NCBI GenBank assembly: GCA_963745835.1
Contig: CAVUZH010000022.1
Coordinates: forward strand, 320,001-384,000
Reading direction: 5' to 3'
Length of the DNA stretch: 64,000 bases
Origin: an uncultured delta proteobacterium
GTDB lineage: Bacteria; Desulfobacterota; Binatia; UBA9968
Position numbers and translations under genes: made by a program. Numbering within the stretch: position 1 is the first letter of the stretch; each line of letters begins with the position of its first letter. The notes under the pieces were generated by a model. That model ran no database searches. It saw only the letters and a list, made by a program, of their open reading frames with translations, and had not been told where the DNA came from. This document shows, piece after piece, positions 9,462 through 19,201 of this stretch.

Positions 9462-10052
9462 ATGACAACTTCAACACGACTTCCGGCATTCGAAAAGTTT
9501 ATTCAGGAACTGCGCGCTGCCTGGTCCGAGTTGCCGGACATGCACGCTCGTATGAAAAAGGGCGCGAGCCTGCTGGAAGAGTTTGTCAAGGATCCTAGCG
9601 TTAAGGATGCCGCGAAATCCTGGCCTTCCACTGAAGGACGCAAGAATCTACTCTTCTACGAAGATCCGGACTTCAATTTTGCAATCAACGGTGTCGTCCG
9701 CGTCCCAGGTCGCAAAGGGAGTATCCACGATCATGCGCATGCCTGGACGGCGTACGGTATTTTGGAGGGCACTGAAAGACTCGAACGATACCGCCGCGCC
9801 GATGATCGGAGCAAAGAAGGTTATGCGAAATTGGAATTGGAAAGCGTCACCGAAGGGAATGCAGGCAAAGTAGATCTGGTTCATCCGTTCGATATCCATG
9901 CCGAACAGGGCGGCCCCACCAGATCAGTGGCTATCATCCTGCGCTCGGAACGGGTCGCCGGAAAGACCACGCAGGGAAGTTATGATCTGGAGAAGCAAAC
10001 CATCTGGCAGATAGACGGCCCGATTCAAGTGCCGTACGAGATGACCGCCTGA
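9462..10052 (+). CDS. cysteine dioxygenase-like cupin
   Basis: SIHDHAHAW and DIHAE His triad; GGAGG RBS. Confidence 0.7.
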   Translation: MTTSTRLPAFEKFIQELRAAWSELPDMHARMKKGASLLEEFVKDPSVKDAAKSWPSTEGRKNLLFYEDPDFNFAINGVVRVPGRKGSIHDHAHAWTAYGILEGTERLERYRRADDRSKEGYAKLELESVTEGNAGKVDLVHPFDIHAEQGGPTRSVAIILRSERVAGKTTQGSYDLEKQTIWQIDGPIQVPYEMTA

Positions 10053-10145
10053 GCGCAAGCGCTCTGGCCGCATTCATGCCAAGCAGAGTTCTACTCTTCT
10101 CGCGCCGCCAAGCTACGAGCTTGAACGGTTCCTCTATCACCGCAC

Positions 10146-10331
10146 TCAATCACTTGTGTATTCGCGCCAGTTGATCGGCCGGCGCGGTTGGTTCTGATAA
10201 AAGTTCACGCTGTTGTTTAATACCGCGCAGCCGGAAATCAAATAGACGGACAAGAAGAGCAAGCAACCAGCTTTTCTCCTGGTAAGTTCCTGTCTGGCGA
10301 CCAGTGCAAGAACGGCAGTTGCGATTTTCAT
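10146..10331 (-). CDS. small hypothetical lipoprotein
   Basis: AGGAG RBS, ATG, hydrophobic segment ending ISGC. Confidence 0.4.
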   Translation of the reverse strand: MKIATAVLALVARQELTRRKAGCLLFLSVYLISGCAVLNNSVNFYQNQPRRPINWREYTSD

Positions 10332-10513
10332 GATTCGTCTCCTGTGGCAGTTCTGACCTCGTCTAGGTAAGGCTGCTCTAGCCGTTCAGTCGAATCAACT
10401 TCTTCACCCAGCAGGAAAACTCTGGATGCAAAGGCTGCTCGCGCAATAACCGACCGCGTGGCAAACACCGTAGGCGCGCAACCATCAAGCTGCGCCCGCA
10501 ATAAACGTTAGGC

Positions 10514-11221
10514 CTAGGTTCTTTTGGAAATGTAACTGAGCGCGCTTCGGACGTGGCGGTTGAGATCGGCTCGCAGAGCAAACACCTCTTCGACAGTACA
10601 CTGACCTCGGCGGCAGGCTAGCGCCCTCTCGATGGACTCGAGATCAAGGCCAGGAGGTCGGACCTGGTGCAGATATTCGACCGCGCGATCGTTCGAGTCC
10701 ACCCTAAGTTTGTCCCAGGTGAAAATCAGGCGCGCCGCATACAGGATTGCCCGCACATAGGGCTTGCGGTCTTTTGCTTCGAGCCGGGTTAACGCCTGGA
10801 GCTCAGGAATACGCGGCTGCCAACTTTTTTCTATGCTTTCACGCAGCGCTTGATGAACTTCAACCCGCGTCGGCCGGGGAAAGTCCGCTTTGTGATCGCC
10901 GATTATCGGAATCCCATGATCCAGCAGATCCAAACGATCGATTATCGGCAGGCGACCCCAGCTGAACGCGGGATTGCCCCAAAACACCGAGAGCTTTTTG
11001 CCTAACTCGGGGTGCAAACTCTTGGCTTGAATCACGAGCGCCGCGAAGTCCGATGGCGGCTCTTGGCAATTGAGCAGAAGACCCACATCGATGTCGCTGT
11101 AAATGGCGCTGAAGCCGCCGTGGGCGAGGCTGCCAAGTTGATAGACTTCTACCAGCGAAGACCCAAGTTCAGAGTGGAAGCGCTCGGCAACGCGCGCAAC
11201 GTATTCGCTGATTTCGTTCAT
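10514..11221 (-). CDS. nucleotidyltransferase (Pol-beta superfamily; aminoglycoside adenylyltransferase-like N-domain)
   Basis: VYQLGSLAHGGFSAIYSDIDV matches the hG[GS]-x-DxD motif. Confidence 0.75.
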   Translation of the reverse strand: MNEISEYVARVAERFHSELGSSLVEVYQLGSLAHGGFSAIYSDIDVGLLLNCQEPPSDFAALVIQAKSLHPELGKKLSVFWGNPAFSWGRLPIIDRLDLLDHGIPIIGDHKADFPRPTRVEVHQALRESIEKSWQPRIPELQALTRLEAKDRKPYVRAILYAARLIFTWDKLRVDSNDRAVEYLHQVRPPGLDLESIERALACRRGQCTVEEVFALRADLNRHVRSALSYISKRT

Positions 11222-11278
11222 CGAGCTTGTAAAATCGATATCTGAACGCTGCTACTTGGCCATGCTAAAACAGAGCGG

Positions 11279-13357
11279 CTACGAACCGGCTTCGAGATCC
11301 TGATCTGGAATGTTCTTTATCTCTTCTAACCAGACCGTCGCTTCGCTGTCGCTGGGCGCCCGGTAGTCGCCGCGCGGCGACAAAGACCCCCCTGAGCCGA
11401 CCTTCGGCGCATTGGGTATGCAACTCCGCTTGTACTGGCTGAGCTGAAAAAAACGCCAGGCAAAGACCGAAAGCCAGTGCTTTATTTCGCCGACGGTGTA
11501 TTGGTTGCGCTTAAGCTCCGGAACATCGGGCCAGCGGCCCTGAGCCCGATCTCTCCAGGAGCAATACGATAGAAAGGCGATTTTCGAAGGCGCGTATCCG
11601 AAGCGGAGGGTGTAATACAGAGTGAAATCCTGAAGCTCGTACGGACCAATGATGTCTTCTGTTTTCTGGGCAAACGGCTCTCCATCATTCTTGGCCGGAA
11701 TCAGCTCGGGGCTGAAGTCGGTATCGAGAATCGCCCGCAGAAGCTGGCTCGATTGTTCACCGAGCTGGTTTGTATCAGCAACCCAGCGAATCAGAAACTG
11801 CACCAGAGTTTTCGGCACACTGGCATTGATGGCGTAATGGGACATGTGATCTCCCACGCCATAGGTGCACCAGCCCAGCGCCAGCTCGCTCAGATCACTG
11901 GTGCCAAGCACCAATGCTTGATGAAGGTTGGCGAGCCGGAAAAGATGGCTGGTGCGCTCTCCCGCCTGAACGTTTTCGAAGGTAACATCGTAAACCGGTT
12001 CCCCGCTCGCATAGGGATGGCCGATATCTCGCAGCATCTGCTCGCAGCTCGGGCGAATGTCCAGTTCATGGGATTCACAACCTATGGTCGCCATCAGCGC
12101 GTTGGCGTTGTCCAAGGTATGCTGGCTGGTGGCGAAGCCGGGCATGGTATAGGCCAAAATGTTAGAACGAGGCAGTTGCAGCACATCCATCGCTCGCGCA
12201 GCGACCACGAGCGCGTGAGTTGAATCAAGCCCGCCGGAAATGCCGATAGCGATTTTGGATATTTTAGAATTCTTGAGCCGCTTGACCAATCCCTGCACCT
12301 GAATGTTGTACGCCTCATAGCAGCGGCGGTCGCGCACCGCCGGGTCGGACGGAACGTAAGGAAATCGATCAATCTTTCGGCTGCACAACAGACGCCCCGT
12401 TTTCGGCGTCTCGAGATTAAACGGAACTTTGCGAAAGCGGCGCAACTCTTCGCGGTGTAGCTGCATGCTCTGGCCGAAGGTGTTCTGACGCATGCGCTCG
12501 AGCGCCAGCCGCTCTAAATCGAGTTCCGCCAGCACCAGCTGGGAGTCGTAACGGAACCGTTCCGACTCGCCGACAAGAACGCCGCTGTCATAGACGATCG
12601 CATGGCCATCCCATGCAAGGTCAGTGGTCGATTCGCCGGTGCCTGCTGCGGTATAGAGGTAAGCGGCGATACATCGGGCCGACTGGTTGGCGACTAGGTT
12701 GTGCCGATACTCGTCCTTCGCAATCGTTATATTCGAAGCTGAAAGATTTAAGATAACAGTGGCACCGGCTAAGGCGGCATAAGAAGAAGGCGGAATCGGT
12801 ACCCAAAGATCTTCACAAATTTCCACGCAGAACGTAAAGTCGCGCTGCTTGTCGGCCTGGAAAAGCAGGTGCGATCCAAACGGAATGGCGCTGTGGTCGA
12901 AGATCTCCACTTCGGTACTGCAAGCTGCAGCCGCCGGAGCAAACTGTCGGTACTCGTAATATTCCCGATAATTGGGCAGGAACGACTTAGGAATGATGCC
13001 AAGAATCTTCCCGCGAAAGAGGACAACAGCGCAATTGAACAATAGGTGATCGACTTGCAGCGGCATGCCGACTACGGCTACGAGGTTCAAAGCCTGCGAC
13101 GCTTTCAAGATCATCCGCAGGGAATCCAACGAGCCATCCAGCAGGGCCTGCTGGTGAAACAAATCGTCGCAAGAGTAGGCCGAGAGCCCAAGTTCCGGAA
13201 ACAGCGCTAGAACCGCCTTCTCACGCTCCGCCTTTTCCAAAAGCTCAATGGTGCGGCTCCCGTTGAACGCCGGATCCGCGACTTGCACCTCCGGAATACC
13301 GACCGCGACCCGGATGAGGCCATGATTGTATAGATTGAAAAATTCGGCGTTTTCCAT
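11279..13357 (-). CDS. nadE: glutamine-dependent NAD+ synthetase
   Basis: Nitrilase domain (FPEL, PK..LPNYREY, EICEDLW) plus synthetase domain (GISGGLDST, TFENVQAGERT). Confidence 0.97.
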   Translation of the reverse strand: MENAEFFNLYNHGLIRVAVGIPEVQVADPAFNGSRTIELLEKAEREKAVLALFPELGLSAYSCDDLFHQQALLDGSLDSLRMILKASQALNLVAVVGMPLQVDHLLFNCAVVLFRGKILGIIPKSFLPNYREYYEYRQFAPAAAACSTEVEIFDHSAIPFGSHLLFQADKQRDFTFCVEICEDLWVPIPPSSYAALAGATVILNLSASNITIAKDEYRHNLVANQSARCIAAYLYTAAGTGESTTDLAWDGHAIVYDSGVLVGESERFRYDSQLVLAELDLERLALERMRQNTFGQSMQLHREELRRFRKVPFNLETPKTGRLLCSRKIDRFPYVPSDPAVRDRRCYEAYNIQVQGLVKRLKNSKISKIAIGISGGLDSTHALVVAARAMDVLQLPRSNILAYTMPGFATSQHTLDNANALMATIGCESHELDIRPSCEQMLRDIGHPYASGEPVYDVTFENVQAGERTSHLFRLANLHQALVLGTSDLSELALGWCTYGVGDHMSHYAINASVPKTLVQFLIRWVADTNQLGEQSSQLLRAILDTDFSPELIPAKNDGEPFAQKTEDIIGPYELQDFTLYYTLRFGYAPSKIAFLSYCSWRDRAQGRWPDVPELKRNQYTVGEIKHWLSVFAWRFFQLSQYKRSCIPNAPKVGSGGSLSPRGDYRAPSDSEATVWLEEIKNIPDQDLEAGS

Positions 13358-13562
13358 GGCTATATATTCTGGTGATGGAAGATGTCTGATTTTTCCTCAA
13401 TGAGCAAACGAATGGCGGAGTTGGTTTTTCCCAACCCACCAGACATCTTACGGTAAGATCATCAAGGCGGATGTGGAAGCGACCGGATTTGGCACCTGGC
13501 TTAAATATCCGCGCTGCCGACAGCAGGAGATCTGACCGGCAAATTCCGATGCACATTCTCAC

Positions 13563-14651
13563 TCAGTCACGGATATCCTGTAAAAACCATTCGGTCGGTA
13601 GCTCGCGGCCGACCTTCTTTTGCTTGGCTAATTCGACGACCTTGCCGGCGCAGGCGGCGAACTGAAGTCCTTGCGTGCCGGCATTGATGAAAAAGGTCAC
13701 TTGGTCGCTACCGGTTCGTCCAGGCGCCTTTCCGCTGCGAACATCCATAAAGTACTTGAAGTAATCGCCTTTGTAATTGTCTACTGTCGGATTGGGAATG
13801 CGACTCCGCTCTTCGGGCTGTCCGGCGATGTAGCCGACATTGCCATGCAGGCGGATCATGCCTTCGTCCATCGCTTCGATCGTGTTCTTGCCAAGCTTGA
13901 CCGACAGATCACATTTTTTGATCACCTTGGGGCCGATCTCGCAGGCGCGCACGCAAGTGATATGCGCGCCTGCTTTCAGCCACTCCGGCTCATCGAAAAC
14001 TGTTCGGGTTGAATCGGTGCAGGTGGCAACGATATCGGCGCCGCGCACGACCTTTTCCGGCGAGTCCACGGCAACCACTTCTAAATCCAATTTGCCGGTC
14101 ATCTCCCGCGCAAAGCTTTCTCGATTTGCTTTCGTCGGACTGTAGACCCTGACTGTTTTTAGTTTACGCACTTCATAAAAGGCCTCCAGGTAGCTGCGCG
14201 CCATGCCGCCTGAACCGAAGATGCCGACATCGGAGGCATCCTCGCGAGCTAAATACTTCACCCCCAGCCCGGCGCACCCGCCCACCCGCATATGCTGCAT
14301 CAAACCGTCATTGATTATCGCCAGCGGCTCGCCGTTGCGCACGCTGAAAACCATAACCAGCCCGCACCAGGTCCCCGGCTGCATGCAGTATTTTTCTTCG
14401 GTGTCGCCGTTGGGCCAGTAAACCACATCGGACTTCATCCGAATCGCGAACACGCCGATCTTCCGGCTGGCGCCTTCCATCGTTCCCCAACGCCAATAGC
14501 CGTCCGGGCGATCGCACGGCATCCAGAGATCCAAGCGCGGGCGATAAACCGCGTCGCCGATGAGCAGATCGTCGTAGGCGTCTTCCAGAGCCGCAAGACA
14601 CGCCTTCATATCGAAGAGCTTTTCCACTTCCTGGTTGTTAATGAGCAACAT
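13563..14651 (-). CDS. ornithine cyclodeaminase/mu-crystallin family protein
   Basis: MRVGGCAGLGVKYLARED, GIFGSGGMA Rossmann motif, ADIVATCTDS; GGAGG RBS before ATG 14651. Confidence 0.9.
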   Translation of the reverse strand: MLLINNQEVEKLFDMKACLAALEDAYDDLLIGDAVYRPRLDLWMPCDRPDGYWRWGTMEGASRKIGVFAIRMKSDVVYWPNGDTEEKYCMQPGTWCGLVMVFSVRNGEPLAIINDGLMQHMRVGGCAGLGVKYLAREDASDVGIFGSGGMARSYLEAFYEVRKLKTVRVYSPTKANRESFAREMTGKLDLEVVAVDSPEKVVRGADIVATCTDSTRTVFDEPEWLKAGAHITCVRACEIGPKVIKKCDLSVKLGKNTIEAMDEGMIRLHGNVGYIAGQPEERSRIPNPTVDNYKGDYFKYFMDVRSGKAPGRTGSDQVTFFINAGTQGLQFAACAGKVVELAKQKKVGRELPTEWFLQDIRD

Positions 14652-14795
14652 AGCGTCCTCCTGCTGGTTGCTTATATCAATGCCAGACATTTGAAAAGAC
14701 GAAGCCGGAATTGATCAATCACAAAGAACGCGAGGCAGAGAAAGCGATTGCACTTGACTGGCATGAACGGTGAAGCTGATCACCAACGAAAATAT

Positions 14796-14833
14796 TTCCA
14801 AATACTTCCTTAGCACAAAGTTCCAAATACTTC
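14796..14833. repeat. 13-bp direct repeat TTCCAAATACTTC x2 (putative operator)
   Basis: Exact copies at 14796 and 14821, just upstream of TTGACG (-35-like) in a divergent intergenic region. Confidence 0.55.
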
Positions 14834-14979
14834 TTAGGGAGGATTGACGCGGGCTCACCGGAAGGTTAAAGATTACTAGTTAGTCTCTGAGTGAGATTCG
14901 GCGGTGCTCGGCTTCGGCAAAACCATAGTTGAGAGCGACCTAAAAAGCTCTCGTAACCGTTTTTGAGGAGGGAAGACCG

Positions 14980-15643
14980 ATGACGTTAAGACGATTCAGA
15001 GGACTTTTTTTGGACACAACTCGCGACTCCTTCAACGCCGCTGAGAACAATGCCGATTATTATGGCCGCCGCAATAATGTTTGCCGGAATAGCAGCGGCC
15101 CAAAACTCCGACAATGATGCCCTAAAAAGACAACCTTTTTTTTCAGCCAAGCTCTCCGGGTTCAACGAGGTTATTTTCGTTGCCGGAAGCAGGGCCGCCG
15201 TGGTACCACCTGCGCTCCGCGGTGCAATTTCAACTCCTGCCAAGGGGCGGTTCACCGCTATCCTCGATGACCCTGCGGACATGATTCAATACGAGCTTAG
15301 CTATGAGGGGCTTAGAGCGCCAGTGACTCAGGGTCACATCCATTTCGGCCAACGCCATACCGTCGGCGGCATCATCGTCTGGCTGTGCCAGACCGTACGA
15401 ATCCGGCGCCTGCGGCTGTCGCCTCATCAACGCCAGTCTGTCCGTCGGAAGGGACTGTGACCGGAACGATTACTCCTGCCCAAGTCCTTGCCCAAGATGC
15501 ACAAGGGTTCGCGGCGGGAGACTTTGACGAGCTCGTTCGCGCCATCCGCAACAGAGCGGCTTACGCCAACGTCCACTCTGCGCTGTTCCCTCAACGGAGA
15601 AATCCGGGGTCATATCAGGGAGCGCCGCAAGAGAAACCATTAG
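14980..15643 (+). pseudogene. CHRD-domain secreted protein with three frameshifts
   Basis: CHRD motifs FSAKLSGFNEV, TQGHIHFG, GGIIVWLC, then AYANVHS..FP and GEIRGHI fall in successive frames; the RBS-linked ATG 14980 is also out of frame across a T7 run. Confidence 0.75.
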
Positions 15644-15675
15644 CTATGCGATTGTTAAATAAGCCGATGCCGCAT

Positions 15676-15700
15676 GAAAAGCCCCGCACACGGGGCTTTC
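15676..15700 (+). terminator. intrinsic terminator hairpin
   Basis: GAAAAGCCCCG-CACA-CGGGGCTTTC after the CHRD stop. Confidence 0.7.
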
Positions 15701-15890
15701 GATTAGAGCCTCGCAGACGCTGCGCCAACGGGGCATCTTCAGACATTTTGCTGGGAAATCCGCCAGCTGGGTAGTACTCGGATGATCCTAAGGGAGTTTG
15801 AGCTTCGACGACAGAACGGTCAATGAATTGAAGGGTACGGCATTGAGAATCTCTAGTGACGATAGCGAGCCGAAAGGAAAAACTACTCGA

Positions 15891-16265
15891 ATGGTGATCC
15901 GTATCGCATCGGCCGTTCTGACATTGGCTGGGCTGCTCGCTTTGATCTCGGGAGTGCTGTTCTGGACCGGGACCGCTCTGAATCTCATGGCTTTGCACAT
16001 GCTGCTCGGCTTCTTGGCCGTAGGCGCGCTCTGGGTAATTGGAGTCGCGCAGGCCTTTGCTCCGCGCGGAAGTTGGGTTATCGCAGCCTGCGCGTTGATC
16101 GTTGGGGCGGTCATGATCGTCATCGGCATGATGCAGTCATCGCTTTTACCCGGAGAGTTTCACTGGATCATTCAAATCATCCACTTGGCGCTCGGACTTT
16201 TGACGATCGGCATAGGCCACATGGCCACTGCTAGAAGTCATCGTGATCGTGTCCGTGAAACGTGA
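15891..16265 (+). CDS. four-TM membrane protein with His residues in TM helices
   Basis: Four hydrophobic helices; LHMLLG, IHLALG. Confidence 0.7.
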   Translation: MVIRIASAVLTLAGLLALISGVLFWTGTALNLMALHMLLGFLAVGALWVIGVAQAFAPRGSWVIAACALIVGAVMIVIGMMQSSLLPGEFHWIIQIIHLALGLLTIGIGHMATARSHRDRVRET

Positions 16266-16306
16266 CCGGCACGAACACGTTAACACGAACACGCGTTTCT
16301 CTTCCG

Positions 16307-16978
16307 CTAGATCGGCCACTGCTCCAATCGATACGCCTGCTCCCAGAACATAAACTCATATCGGCTGCTGAGGATGAAATGATCGAGGAGAAGCTTTTTT
16401 TCTCCAGGTTTTGCCGCGCCGCCCAGTGCGTCCATCAGTTGAATTTGCTCCCGTACGGGCTTCCAAAAATCTTCGGAAGCATAGGTTTCGATCCACTCCC
16501 GGTAAATCTTTGGCTTGCTCGGCGCTCCCTTTTGTAGGCGGCGGCCGGCTTCACCATAGATCCAGTAGCAGGGAAGAACAGCCGCGACGATCTCGCTGAG
16601 ACTGCCGCTACGCGCGACCGACTGTAGATGACCGATATATGCTTGCGTGATTGGCCCCTTGCGCACCCTGTCCAACTGTTCGCCCGATAGGCCGAGCGTT
16701 TTGCCGAAACTCGCGTGAAAACTGCGCTCAACTTCGACCGCCCCCAATGCATGGCGGGCAAACAACTCGAGCGTTTCGAGGTCAGGCGACTTGGCCGCGC
16801 CTTGGCAAAGAACTTGAGCGAAGTCGAGCAGGTAAACGTAATCCTGAAGGATGAAATAGGTGAACCGATCCATCGGCAAGGTTCCGGCGTGCAATTCACG
16901 CAGAAACGAGTGACGCTCAATCGCTTGCCATATTCGCTGGCTGCGATGTCTTAATACCGCGCTGAATTTTTCTGCCAT
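16307..16978 (-). CDS. tenA: thiaminase II / TenA
   Basis: YFILQDYVYL, VLPCYWIY (catalytic Cys), YREWIETY, YEFMFWEQAY. Confidence 0.92.
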   Translation of the reverse strand: MAEKFSAVLRHRSQRIWQAIERHSFLRELHAGTLPMDRFTYFILQDYVYLLDFAQVLCQGAAKSPDLETLELFARHALGAVEVERSFHASFGKTLGLSGEQLDRVRKGPITQAYIGHLQSVARSGSLSEIVAAVLPCYWIYGEAGRRLQKGAPSKPKIYREWIETYASEDFWKPVREQIQLMDALGGAAKPGEKKLLLDHFILSSRYEFMFWEQAYRLEQWPI

Positions 16979-17125
16979 GGGCCAGGGTTAGCGGAAAACT
17001 GTTTGCAAGAAAAGAGGCGAAGTCTTTCGCTCAAACCGATAACATCGCTGACCCCATTGCTCGCTAACCGGCTAATCAAGTGTATGGCTGCGGCCCGCTG
17101 TGAGAGAGCGTATTTGCCGCGAATT

Positions 17126-18043
17126 TTATTTTTTTGATTGAGTTGCTTCGGCACTTGCGGCGCTTCTAAACGCGTTGAGAATGGTCTTGCTGATCGCTTC
17201 TGCTGACTTGTCAGTAGTATTCACAACCAAATCGGCTTGAGCGTAATGAGGCGTTCTGCGATCCAGAATGGCCTTCAGCTGCTTGCGGACATCGGGATGC
17301 GCGCTCAGGCGCCTTCTGTCTTTTCCCGTCTGAACGCGGTCGATCAACGTTTCGGGGGCGGCCTGAAGCCAGACCACAAAAGTATGCAGCTTCAGGCGAA
17401 GCAGGCTGTTTGGGTTCATCACCAGTCCGCCGCCGGCTGCGATCACCCCTGGGGTTTTCTTCAGTATTCGCTCGAGGATCCTTTCCTCGACCGCGCGGTA
17501 ATAATTCTCCCCTTCCAAATCGAAAATCTCGGGGAGCGAAAGTCCTGTGTCTTTAACGATCAGCGCATCCAATTCGTAAAACGGCACTTTGAGGCGCCGC
17601 GCCAGGATATTGCCGACCGTAGTTTTTCCGGCGCCGCGCATTCCGATGAGCGAGATATGGGGGCCCTCTGAGCCGTCCAGATAGGACGACAAACAGCTCA
17701 GGATTCGAGAGATTTGCTCATCCGGCCGGTTTTTTAAAAGCGCCATAACCTGCTTCACAGACGTGCTTGAATCCTGCGTGTTAGCTTGATTATCACTGGG
17801 CAGAAGATCCGTCAGCGAAGTCTGCAGGGCATCGGCTAGGTTAATCACGCTCGCCAATGACGGATTGGCGTTGCCTTTTTCGACCTCGATAAGGAAGCGA
17901 TCGCTCAACCCGGAGAGCTGCGCCACCCGTTTGAGAGTTATACCCCGTCGTTGGCGCAACTTCCGGACCTCCTGGCCCAGCTTTGCCAAGTAAAGCCGGC
18001 TAGGATCAGCGGTATTTGATTCGCCGGCGCTTCGTTTTGCCAT
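17126..18043 (-). CDS. XRE-HTH plus shikimate-kinase-like regulator (BzdR/BoxR type)
   Basis: N-terminal HTH (VEKGNANPS); C-terminal P-loop LIGMRGAGKTTVG. Confidence 0.85.
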   Translation of the reverse strand: MAKRSAGESNTADPSRLYLAKLGQEVRKLRQRRGITLKRVAQLSGLSDRFLIEVEKGNANPSLASVINLADALQTSLTDLLPSDNQANTQDSSTSVKQVMALLKNRPDEQISRILSCLSSYLDGSEGPHISLIGMRGAGKTTVGNILARRLKVPFYELDALIVKDTGLSLPEIFDLEGENYYRAVEERILERILKKTPGVIAAGGGLVMNPNSLLRLKLHTFVVWLQAAPETLIDRVQTGKDRRRLSAHPDVRKQLKAILDRRTPHYAQADLVVNTTDKSAEAISKTILNAFRSAASAEATQSKK

Positions 18044-18759
18044 TATTGATGCAATCGGTTTTTCTCCACACTAGGTATCTGGAGTCCTAGCTTTATAATT
18101 AGTGGATTCACTTCTTTAATGTACTCGTTGCGCGCCTGCTCGTTACTGCGGCGCTTGAGCCCCCAATACCGGTACCGCTCGGAACGCTTCGAGTCGGAGC
18201 GTCCAAACATATCCAACGCTTTGGGGTACCAGAAGTCGACGGCTTTTTGCAATCGCTCCCTGCTCTCGTCCCCTTTGGCCACCAGTTCTGCCGCCTTACT
18301 TCCTCCGTAACCTACATGGCCGATCTCCTCTTTGATAATGTGAGGCAGAATCTGGGCTAATGGTTGATAACTGCAGCCGACGAATTCCTCGAGTTGGTAA
18401 CGGCCGACGCGATCGATGAGATAGCCGAAAATGGCGAAATCCTCCCACGTGTTGATCTTCCCCCGAAACGCTTCCACGTAGCGTTTCTGATTCGGCCAGC
18501 TGAGCACATACGACACGTCCTGCCCGATATCACCCGCCAACCGGGCAATCTTCCGAAAGTGATCCATTTCTTCAGCAGCAGTCTTCGCCACCATGATTTG
18601 GTCCGCCTTGGTCGGCGCATTGGGTAATATGTCTTTCACGTACAGGTGCGGCCCACCGATCTCGCAATCGGCCTGAATCGCTAGAACCCGCTTGAGCAAA
18701 TCCTGAAATTCAGGATCCATCTTTACAACGTCTTTCAGAGCTACTTTATCGTTAAACAT
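18043..18759 (-). CDS. PaaA/BoxB-like ferritin-fold di-iron aryl-CoA epoxidase subunit
   Basis: ADCE, EEMDH, EEIGH di-iron motifs; WYPKALDMFGRSDS, WGLKRRSN. Confidence 0.8.
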   Translation of the reverse strand: MFNDKVALKDVVKMDPEFQDLLKRVLAIQADCEIGGPHLYVKDILPNAPTKADQIMVAKTAAEEMDHFRKIARLAGDIGQDVSYVLSWPNQKRYVEAFRGKINTWEDFAIFGYLIDRVGRYQLEEFVGCSYQPLAQILPHIIKEEIGHVGYGGSKAAELVAKGDESRERLQKAVDFWYPKALDMFGRSDSKRSERYRYWGLKRRSNEQARNEYIKEVNPLIIKLGLQIPSVEKNRLHQ

Positions 18760-19201
18760 ACGCACCTCCGTTTCTTGCTAACTAAAGCTAGCAAGATGCG
18801 AACTATAAGGCAACATACAGTAAGATTTTAGCACGAACTATATTTCAGTTATCGACGTTCTTCACGTGACCCGAGCTCGGGCAGCTGCCGCAGTTATGAT
18901 CGTGAGCGGACAGCCCCAGTAACGGCTGATTTTGGAGACTCGTTTATCGCGTGAGCTCGTGTTCGCGTGCGTTGTTCCTGCTCGTTTGGAAATCTGTCGA
19001 TGACTTTGACAAAACACGATTACGAACCGTTGGATCGACTCGGTCGGGCTTAGCGGGCGCGATTCTGGCGATGACGAGTTTGAGGAGCAAACTTTTTGCC
19101 CCGGTCAAAGCAAAAATTTTGAGAGTCGGAAGTTAGGCAGCGCTCGCTAAACCAAGGTTGGCTATTGTACCGGTGGGAAGCTTAGTCTGAATCGCGCAAT
19201 T

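Noticed and set aside
16240-16295. CGTG/CACG-rich palindromic stretch (similar one near 18940-18985)
   Set aside because: Low complexity, with no clear shared consensus between the two; at most a hairpin between convergent genes.
16980-17125. TPP riboswitch upstream of tenA
   Set aside because: The core motifs (GCTGAGA with CCTGA...GGGA) are not present in order.
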